Below are positions 53,585 through 64,000 of a stretch of 64,000 nucleotides of DNA, in pieces. The translations under genes and the position numbers were made by a program. Origin of the DNA: Octopus sinensis (taxonomy: Eukaryota); NCBI RefSeq assembly GCF_006345805.1, contig NW_021833462.1, positions 1 to 64,000 on the forward strand. Direction: 5' to 3'. Every line of letters begins with the position of its first letter. Position 1 is the first letter of the stretch. A model generated the notes under the pieces. It was given only the letters and a program-made list of their open reading frames with translations, did no database searches and was not told the DNA's origin.

Positions 53585-54285
53585 GGAGAACGAGAGAGAG
53601 AGAGAGAGAGAAGAGAAAGAGAGACAGATGTAGAAATAGAGATAGAGAGCGCGACGGAGAGAGAAAGGAGAGATAGTAAGAGAGAAGGGAGAAAGAACAA
53701 AAGAGAGAAGGAAAGAACAAGAGAGAAAAGAAAGAGAGAGCAAGAGAGAGAAGGAGAGGGATAAAAGAGATAGAAGGAGAGGGAGAGAGTAAGAGAGAGA
53801 AGGAGAGAGAGTAAGAGGGAGATAGAGATAAGAGAGAGTGAGAGAGTAAAAGAGAGAGGGAGAGAGAGTAAAAGAGAAGGGGAGAAATAACAAAGAGAAA
53901 AAGAAAGAGAGAGAGCAAGAGAGAGAAGGAGAGGGAGAAAAGAGATAGAAGGAGAGGGAGAGAGTAAGAGAGATAAAGAGAGAGAGAGAGTAAGAGAGAG
54001 TGAGAGAGTAAGAGAGAGAGGGAGAGAGAGTAAGAGAGAAGGGGAGAAAGAACAAAGAGAAAAAGAAAGAGAGAGAGAAGGAGAGGGAGAAAAGAGATAG
54101 AAGGAGAGAGAGTAAGAGAGAGAAGGAGAGAGAAAAAGAAAGGGGATAGAGGCAGAGAAGAGTGAGAGAGAAAGGTAGACAGATAGCCAGAGAGAAACAT
54201 TTTGATAGAGAGGGCAAGAGAGAGAGAGAGATAGAAAGAGAGAGACGAGAAAGAGGAGGGAAAGAGAAAAAGAGAGAGAAAATGA
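53585..54285. repeat. Polypurine (GA-rich) tract with internal repeats
   Basis: Visible directly; recurring GAGAGTAAGAGAGA and AAGAGAAAAAGAAAGAGAG blocks. Confidence 0.9.
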
Positions 54286-54684
54286 AAGAATAGGTTATAT
54301 AAAGGTCATCAGATGGAAAGTGAAACCTAATGGTAGAGTTAAAGCGTTTATCGTTTTAAAGTCGTAGCTTTACTGAAAACAAACCCACCATTTTACACTC
54401 TGTTCGGAAATCTATTCTTTCTGCAGTTCGATAAATTTGTGACCCAAGTGCCACATTGTGTGCCATTCTCCAGAAAGTAGCTGCCCGCTAAAATTACTCA
54501 TTGAAATTCCAGCAACGAATTACATTTAACCCTAGGCTTTTAATTAGATGGGGTTTTTTTGCGTTCAGGGAACTAGTCATAGGTTGAATTAACGTCTGTA
54601 CTTATCTCGTCAACATGTCTTCCAATTGATTAACAATAGCCCTTCGCAGAAACCCCATGCTTCGATTCTTTCAACTGACACACA

Positions 54685-54718
<34 letters not shown>

Positions 54719-54803
54719 AGGCACCCACGCACACATGCACACACACACACACATATATATACATTTGTGTGTGTCGGTGTGTTGGTGTATATATATATAT
54801 ATA

Positions 54804-55030
54804 CGGTGAGCTGGCAGAAATGTTAGCACGCCGGGCGAAATGCGTTGCCGTATTTCGTCTGCCGTTACGTTCTGAGTTCAAATTCCGCCGAGGTTGACTT
54901 TGCCTTTCATCCTTTCGGGGGTCGATAAATTAAGTACCAGTTACGCACTGGGGTCGATGGAATCGACTTAATCGCTTTGTCTGTCCTTGTTTGTCCCCTC
55001 TGTGTTTAGCCCCTTGTGGGTAGTAAAGAA

Positions 55031-55032
<2 letters not shown>
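54804..55032 (+). mobile_element. SINE family C, full monomer
   Basis: Near-identical to 23725-23957; lies within (TA)n. Confidence 0.93.
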
Positions 55033-55061
<29 letters not shown>

Positions 55062-55386
55062 TGTAAATATTGACTTCACACAAATACGTTGCTTCCCGAT
55101 ACAGGCACAAGGCCAGCAGAACTATAAATATTGAAAATTGTACCCACACACATACATATATATACACGCGCGCGCGCCCCAACATACATATAAACACACA
55201 CACGCGCGCGCGCGCACACACATACATACATACAGCACTCCCCGTTCTAAACGAACTTACTTATCCAGTCAAGCGGAAAATACACTCCCTAACTACGCGC
55301 TAAAAAGCTATTTAAAATATCCACATGACGTCTACTGACCAGCCTGAACAATAAGAATTTTCAACAACACTATTTTCGAAAATTCT

Positions 55387-55587
55387 AAACATTCACGTGA
55401 CCTCTTTATTATGGCCAATAAGAAATTTTAGGCGGGACACTAGCCAAATTTTAACTTCTCTGGAGCCTTTTTTCTTACCCCAACACCAACTTCCATTCAA
55501 ACATTCACGTGATCCCTTCATAATGACCAATCAAAATTTTAGGCGCGAAACCAAGCAATCCAAAACAACTCTGGAGCCTCTTTTTTT
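55387..55587. repeat. Two diverged ~112-bp tandem units, possibly inside a decayed Helitron
   Basis: AAACATTCACGTGA...CCAAT...AAATTTTAGGCG...CTCTGGAGCCT at 55387 and 55499. Confidence 0.75.
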
Positions 55588-55724
55588 CACATATAAGAGA
55601 CAGACTCTAATCTCTCTTTTATATTTTGATAAGCATAAGAAATGCGCAACCGGTAAAAAGAACTTTCACCTAATTAAATTACTTAAATTACTTCAATTAT
55701 TTGTCAGCATTTTCTTCATTTCCT

Positions 55725-55777
<53 letters not shown>

Positions 55778-56091
55778 TATATACTTACACATACACGTAC
55801 ATACACGTTCTTGAGGTAAATAACTTCATTTTACTTTGCTCTAGCGTTGTGTGGGGACCTGCATGACAGAGAATAAATTCGTTTGCGTATCGTAGAATGC
55901 GACTCGAAGATGTTGAGTTAGGATTTTTACGCCGACCTCGTAAAACCCTCACCAGCAACGACTACCCAAACAGACCTATGTGTTGGAGGGTTGTTACCTG
56001 GGTGATGGCAGAAAGACCATCGGCCAGGAATAGCAGTGAATCACCAACAAATGCTGGATGCAGCGACGCGCGGTTGCAACTTCGTTTTTCC

Positions 56092-56181
<90 letters not shown>

Positions 56182-56773
56182 ACTGCTAGTCTGGACTCAA
56201 CATCTTCAGTTTTAACCAACTTGCTCTGTTGTAAATAAAATATTTCAAAGGTTCAGATAATTCTATGTACGATTTCGGCATTTTTTTCTTTTTGATCATC
56301 CACGAACGAAAACCACCAGTTTTAACTTCTAACACCTAAATACTGGGAATATATAATTTTAATTTCAGTAAAGCTAATGAAATTGGAATTTTCACACTCT
56401 GTCATAACTAACAACATTTTGGTATGATATGCCAATTTTCGACCAGTGTATGTGTGTGTGAGCGAGTATGTTGTATACACATTATGTATACGCACATGTG
56501 AGCCCACGTGCACGCATATATACATACATTTATATACATACATATGCTTCTATATAATATATATATATATATTATATATATAATATATATATATATATTA
56601 TATATATATATATTATATATATATATATCTTTTCTCCTTACTAGTTTCAGCTTGAGAGCTGCGGCTATGCCGGGGCACCACCGTTTATACACACACACAC
56701 ACACATACATATACACACACACACTCATCCATATATATACATTTTTATTCACTAACTTCATATTATCCCTATA

Positions 56774-57135
56774 GTGGAGGCGCAATGGCCCAGTGGTTAG
56801 GGCAGCGGTTTCGATTCCCAGACCGGGCGTTGTGAGTGTTTATTGAGCGAAAACACCTAAAGCTCCACGAGGCTCCGGCAAGGGATGGTGGTGATCCCTG
56901 CTGTACTCTTTCACCACAACTTTCTCTCACTCTTACTTCCTGTTTCTATTGTACCTGTATTTCAAAGGGCTGGCCTTGTCACTCTCTGTGTCACGCTGAA
57001 TATCCCCGAGAACTACGTTAAGGCTACACGTGTCTGTGGAGTGCTCAGCCACTTACACGTTAATTTCACGAGCAGGCTGTTCCGTTTATTCGGATCAACC
57101 GGAACCCTCATCGTCGTAACCGACGGAGTGCTTCC
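56774..57135 (+). mobile_element. SINE family A with a deletion in the tRNA head
   Basis: 12-bp TSD ATTATCCCTATA (56762-56773 and 57136-57147). Confidence 0.93.
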
Positions 57136-58009
57136 ATTATCCCTATACTGATGTTAGCCTTTATATTTCATGATGTTTCTGGGATGGGAGAGTAGTTCTG
57201 GTTTGAGAGGAAATGTATTGAGTGACGAAGAATGGAAGAAAAATGCATGAGTGAAAGAAAGGATGTAGGGCAGATATAGGAAATGATAGAAAGTAGGAGG
57301 ATGAAGGAAGGACGAAGGCAGCTTAATAGAACTGTTAATTAAATATAATTGCATGTAGAGTACGAAGGATTAGATTAGTGATTGAGAACCAGAAAGATAG
57401 GATGATAGAGAGAGAAATATCGAGAGAAGCAGCGATAGGGGTCGAGAGAGCAAGAGTGTGTGTGAGAGAGAGAAGGAGAGAGAGAGCGAGAGTGAGGGAA
57501 GAGAGTTAATGATGATATATTGAATTTGTGAAGCTGTTATGATGTAGGGTCAGCGTCTCAGATTTCAAAGTTCAATTCCTTTCAGAAGAATCGAATAAAG
57601 AGAGAAAAGGAGAAGAAGGAAACGAAATGCTGGGTGGACGTTGGAAGGTTGTTGGTGACGTTTCTCAAAGAATTTATGTCATCATGACGTAAATTTAGGG
57701 GTTCTCAACCGTTTCGCTACCGCTGACAACTTTCATTTGAATAAATTGCCCCGACAAACCTCAGGAGTTGGAAAGGTGTGTCATTTCATTAAATCGATTT
57801 TATTACATAACAACTGACACAATTTCAATGCTGTCATCACTCAAATGAAACATAATTGAATAATTAGGGGCAATTTAGTTTCGACACACTGCGACCCTTT
57901 AAAATTTTGGACACCTTTCATGGAGTTCTTGCGCTGATTATGAGAATCTTGAAATGGCTTTCGCACCAAGGGAAGATTTGGGTTGCCGTCGAGTGAAAGA
58001 TGACCTAAC

Positions 58010-58280
58010 TACCCGTCGGTTTCGACGAGGAGTCTTCCAGTGGATTCGATCAGCAGGACAACCTACTTATGAAATTAACGTGAAAGACACGCATAATTTT
58101 AACGTAGATTAGCGTGACACACCGAATATGACATCGCTGGCCCTCTCGAAATTTCTGTCGGCTGAACTGACTGCAGCAAAGTTAAATATGTATTTTAAAG
58201 GACACAAAGTACCGCCGGGAGTCGAAATCAAGGTCTGAGGGTCGTAAGCCGAATACTCTAACTGCTAAGTCACGCACCTT
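58010..58280 (-). mobile_element. Old SINE A-related copy
   Basis: CCGTCGGTTTCGACGAGG...GAAATTAACGTG...CAGCGTGACAC-like tail and a degenerate tRNA head. Confidence 0.6.
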
Positions 58281-58315
58281 CGGATTCATAGAAACCGCAC
58301 TGCTAATAAATAATT

Positions 58316-59258
58316 TTTTTCTACTCTTGGAACAGGGCTCGAAATTTTTGGGGAAGGGGCCAGTCGATTAGATCGACCCCAGTATGCAACTGGCACATAA
58401 TTCATCAACCCCGAAAGGATGAAAGGCGAAGTCGACCTCAGCAGAATTTGAACTCAGAACGTAAAGACAGACGAAATACCGCTAAGCATTTCGTGCTAAC
58501 GTTTCTTATTTCTTGTTGCCAACAAGGAACTAAACATAGAGGGGACAAACAAGGACAGATAAAGGGATTAAGTCGATTACATCGACTCGAGTGGGTAACT
58601 GGTACTTAATTTATCGATCTCGAAAGGATGAAAGGCAAAGTCGACCTCGGCGGCGCACACGAAATACCTATTTCTTTACTACCCACAAGGGTCTAAACAC
58701 AGAGAGGACAAACAAGGACATACAAACGGATTAAGTCGATTACATCGACTCCAGTGGGTAACTGGTACTTAATTTATCGACCCCGAAAGGATGAAAGGCA
58801 AAGTCGACTTCGGCGGAATTTGAACTCAGAACGTAACGGCAGACGAAATACCTATTTCTTTACTAGCCTGAAGGAGCTAAACACAGAGAGGACAAACAAG
58901 GACAGACAAACGGATTAAGTCCATTATATTGACCCCAGTGCGTAACTAGTACTTATTCAATCGACTCCGAAAGGATGACAGGCAAAGTCGATTTCGGCGG
59001 AATTTGAACTCAGAACGTAACGGCAGACGAAATACCTATTTCTTTACTAGCCGCAAGAGGCTAAACATAGAGGGGACAAACAAGGACAGACAAACGGATC
59101 AAGTTGATTACATCGACTGGAGTGGGTAACTGGTACTTAATTTATCGAACCCGAAATGATGAAAGGTAAAGTCGACCTCGGCGGAATTTGGACTCAGAAT
59201 GTAGCGGCAGATGAAATACCGCTTTGTATTTCGTGCTAACGTTTCTGCCAGCTCGCCA
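58316..59258 (-). mobile_element. SINE C multimer (five diverged units)
   Basis: Junctions at 59036/7, 58852/3, 58668/9 (184-bp period) and 58505/6; last unit has tail type 2. Confidence 0.92.
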
Positions 59259-59517
59259 CACAGTTAATAAATGACGGAATAATGTTGATGCCATCCACTC
59301 GCTTCTCTCCATTCAACGACAAAAGTAAAGCATAAAACGTGTCATTAGTTCCTCGTAAATTTTGTCTTGTCAGAGGTGGCGCCTCTCATTTGTAATATCT
59401 CCAAAATAGTTTTTGTCGGGGGGGGGGGGAAATAAATATTACTAACGTCAGGGAAAGGGGAAAACTTTTGCGTGCTTAGAATCTATCAGGTGAAGACACG
59501 ATAACTGCATTAATGGT

Positions 59518-59550
<33 letters not shown>

Positions 59551-59616
59551 CAACACCACCACCACTACCACAACCACCACTACCACCGCTACTACTACTA
59601 TTACTACTACTACTAT

Positions 59617-59651
<35 letters not shown>

Positions 59652-59816
59652 TTACTACTACTACTACTACTACTACTATAACACCACCACCACCACCACA
59701 ACCGCAACCGCAACCACCACCATCACCACCACCACAACCACCACCACCACCATCATAACCACCACCACCACACCACCACCACCCCACTACTATTACCACC
59801 ACCACCACCACCACCA

Positions 59817-59882
<66 letters not shown>

Positions 59883-59903
59883 ACTACTACTACTACTACT
59901 ACT
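59518..59903. repeat. (ACT)n/(ACC)n microsatellite
   Basis: Visible directly. Confidence 0.97.
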
Positions 59904-60216
59904 AAGCAAGCGCTGGAGCATCTACGTGCTCACTTAACATGCTAAAAATAGCAATCCAACCTCTTTCAAATCACCTTCAGCGCCAAAGTTAGAATAATAA
60001 ATGGAATGGGCATGGTTGGAATGCATTTGCTTTTAGATAAGCTTCTTCCACCAAATTTGATCTGGAACGAAGTAATTAACGATATCAACAAGTGTTGCTG
60101 TTGTTACTACTACTACTACATTTATTTTTTTTTTTATAGAAATTATCTTCTGTGGAAATAACCACAAAAACAACAACAGAGAAATAATCTCACGGCAATA
60201 AAGATTAATAAACTGT

Positions 60217-60630
60217 CACACACACACGCACACACACATACACACGCGCACACACACACACGCGTGCACACAAATACACACGCATATACATACAAACAAA
60301 CACACACACAAAACACACACAAACCACACACACAAACACACACACACCCACGCCCACACACACAAACACCCACACACACACGCACACACACACCAACACA
60401 CACACACACACGCACACACAAATACACACACACACACACGCACACACAAATACACACACAAATACACACACAAACACACCCACCCACACACACACACACA
60501 AACACGCACACACACGCCCACACACACAAACACACACACACACACATGCACATGCACACAAATACACACACATATACATACACACAAAGACAGGCACACA
60601 CAAACACACAAAACACACACACACGCACAA

Positions 60631-60663
<33 letters not shown>

Positions 60664-60690
60664 AACACACACACATACACACACATAACC
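60217..60690. repeat. Degenerate (CA)n tract
   Basis: Visible directly. Confidence 0.95.
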
Positions 60691-62229
60691 ACAAGCATAA
60701 AACATAAAAATCTCCCAGAATGAAAATCCCAAATGGCGCCTAGATTTCACTTTGGTTAAACGTTGTTCGTTGACCCAATTTTCATCGTTTTCCTGTAGAT
60801 ATATATTTTACTTCAGTGATAACAGGGGGGGGGGAGACGGAACTCTGCAGTGGACTTATCGAGACAGTTATCAAACAATTCTGAGGGGGGCAATGTTCAC
60901 ATTTACATTATGATTTATGAATTTATTGTTTTGTTTTGTTTTTTATATTTATACGTGTCTATTATCGAAAAACATTGTTTTCGGCTTTTGTTTAACAATC
61001 TTTATCTGATGGAGCAGGGGGTAGGGGTGGAGTTTATACAAACAAATGATAAAACAAAAGCCCATTGAACCAATGAAAACAAAATGAAGAGCTCAAGTAG
61101 GGTTTAATGGTCAAAAGTTTACAAACAATATGAAGTATTGTTCGTATGGTGTGCGCTGTAGTCTAACTGGCAAAGTCCCAGTAAGTTGAGTTAACAATGC
61201 TGTTTCAAACCATGGTTGAGAACAGTTCAGTCAATTTATCTGTTGATATTGTTTGGGAATATATAACACAACATTTTCCATTTACGCCTCGGTTTTAGAA
61301 TATTGCTCTTTTAATCCTATAGAAATGATATAAAGAAAGTTTGTATGGTAATGTCTTTCATTTGTTATAATGCACTAACAAGGCTGCTATTGTACAAGAC
61401 TTCAGTGGCTTATATAACTTACAAGCTATACTGGTAATAGTCTTCTGTGTTTAGCTCTGATTATACAAAAGAAGTGTCAATAAAGGAGACTGTCCTCATT
61501 CCCTGAGAAAAATTGATCTCTTCATAGTGTTGATTATCAAGAGAAATTTGAGACAATCTAAGTCCTGTGGACAACTGCTGTTTAAGTTATCATCGTAACA
61601 TTTTGATCAGCATCTTTTGATCCTTCCTCTTGCTGAAATAATACTAAGAACAGGGGAAAGGATGGGGCATCAGTCGAAAACTCCCCTGGACCCTACGAAG
61701 TAGACTCACTTTCATGAGAGTTGACAAGTGCTACTTTAAAATTGCAGATGCTATTAAGATTTTCAGTGGAGAAATTTAATTTTGCCACATTCTATTCTAC
61801 AGGGTCACACTGGCCTGAGATCCGGTCTACAGAGAAGGGATTGAAGGTGAGAAATAGTGTCGAGATAAAACAATCTCACCTAGCAACTGATCGTAAAACA
61901 TGGTATGTGGAAGATTCAAGTCAGTGGATAATTTCAGACTACATAGAATTAATAGCTTTCAGGAAATTCCTAGCACATTAAGCAAGACCTAACAATTCCT
62001 TATTGATGCATGAAAAACAGCAGCTCACCATGTGAAGCTAAATTTTATATTTATATTTACATTTTATATTATATTTATATGATCGCATTTAACTGATTAA
62101 AGCCATTCCTAATTATTTCATATATCCGAATGTAAAAAGATAAATGGGTCCCTAGTCCAACGAATGTTAACAGGTTGATATTTAAAATCAGACCCATTAA
62201 AATTTTTATTTGATGATAGTGCATTATAT

Positions 62230-62800
<571 letters not shown>

Positions 62801-63016
62801 ATATATTACAATGTCATCTTTTATAGCCACATTAAATAAATAAATCACCAGTCGTAAATCACAAACGCCGTTCGAACTTAATTCTGATATACGTATGTAT
62901 ATATATAAATGTTTGTATGTGTATATATATATATATACACACACATATATATATATTGACATATTTAATGTGTGTCTACTTGTGTCAGATGATATTAGCA
63001 AAATCATATATATATA

Positions 63017-63123
63017 GTGACGTATATTTGCCATTTGAATATGGCTAACCCCTAAGGGTGGATGCTACTGTAGTTTGTAGCCCCAGGAAGGTTAGCCATA
63101 TTCAAATGGCAAATATACGTCAC
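63017..63123. repeat. Perfect 34-bp inverted repeat with 39-bp spacer
   Basis: GTGACGTATATTTGCCATTTGAATATGGCTAACC (63017-63050) and its exact reverse complement (63090-63123). Confidence 0.95.
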
Positions 63124-63372
63124 GATGTGTTGTCGCTACTGTTTATACTCGCTCTGAGATTTATCATTGTTCATATATATATATAATTCAAATTAAAATG
63201 AGTAAGGTAAAAAAACTCGCAAAACCCTAAGATTCCACACTGTTAGGACGAAATCAAAACGACGTGGTTAATAATCGAACATCTCAATAATTTAATCTAT
63301 ATATATATATACAGAGAGAGAGAGAGAGAGAGAGCAAAGTGTACGTGCGCCACTATATGTATATATATTATG

Positions 63373-63530
63373 TAGGAGTGGCTATGTGGTAAGTTTCTTG
63401 CTTACCAACCACATGGTTCTAGGTTCAGTCCCACTGTGTGGCATCTTGGGCAAGTGTCTCCTACTATGCCTCGGGTCGACCAAAACCTTGTGAGTGGATT
63501 TGGTAGACGGAAACTGAAAGAAGCCCGTCG

Positions 63531-63564
<34 letters not shown>

Positions 63565-63797
63565 GTGTGGTGTGTGTGTGTGTGTTAGTGTTGTGTGTCT
63601 GTGTTGGCCTCCCCTACTATCGCTTGACAACCGATGCTGGTATGTTTACGTCCCGTACCCTACCGTCTAGTCTAACGGTTCGGCAAAAGAGGCCCGATAG
63701 AATAAGTATAGGCTTACAAAGAATAAGTCTGGGGTCGATGTGCTCGACTATATATATATATGGCCACATATATACTGTAACAAATAAAAGAGTAAAA

Positions 63798-63800
<3 letters not shown>
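63373..63800 (+). mobile_element. SINE family B, diverged tail
   Basis: Matches the B consensus; part of the tail is replaced by TA-rich sequence. Confidence 0.88.
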
Positions 63801-63841
<41 letters not shown>

Positions 63842-64000
63842 TATATAATATATATATATAATACATATATATATAAAATACAAAATGCGATAAGAACGCA
63901 AAACATTCAGGCAGCTAGGTGATACAAAGGGACCAAAAGCATCCAAATAGACGATACAAAAAACAAGGACGGGTCATTCGAAGCCCTCTATCCTCAGTCA

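Noticed and set aside
53457-54217. Longest ORFs (247 and 212 aa) and the many YI/CV/HT/LS-rich ORFs
   Set aside because: Translations of low-complexity or microsatellite DNA that lack stops by composition.
57697-57950. hAT-like MITE starting TAGGGGTTCTCAACC
   Set aside because: The right-hand TIR and TSD are too degenerate to support the call.
63965-64000. Minus-strand CTGAGGA...CGAAT as a hammerhead
   Set aside because: Weak stem II, GAAT rather than GAAA, and stem I cannot be evaluated at the window edge.

Overview
AT-rich, repeat-saturated eukaryotic (animal) non-coding DNA, most likely intronic or intergenic sequence from a cephalopod such as Octopus (inferred from the SINE and microsatellite landscape, not from a database search). 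No intact protein-coding gene, rRNA, true tRNA gene or CRISPR array is supported; most ORFs in the track are translations of microsatellites or SINEs. The window holds three tRNA-derived SINE families (here A, B, C, plus a tail-swapped A2), decayed RTE and R4/Dong LINE fragments, mariner remnants, mariner- and piggyBac-type MITEs, a non-autonomous Helitron, and many micro/minisatellites. The most interesting signal is a set of small non-coding elements in or beside (TA)n tracts that carry hammerhead ribozyme folds. One is a ~440-bp partially tandem, retrozyme-like unit with a full type I hammerhead (11242-11322, minus strand). Two related elements carry minimal Penelope-type hammerheads (13842-13878 and 18346-18387). 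SINE B carries an internal (TA)n tract that appears to supply landing sites for such elements. SINE C forms head-to-tail multimers with the same junction at two independent loci. All alignments and folds were done by eye, so boundaries of degenerate elements are approximate.
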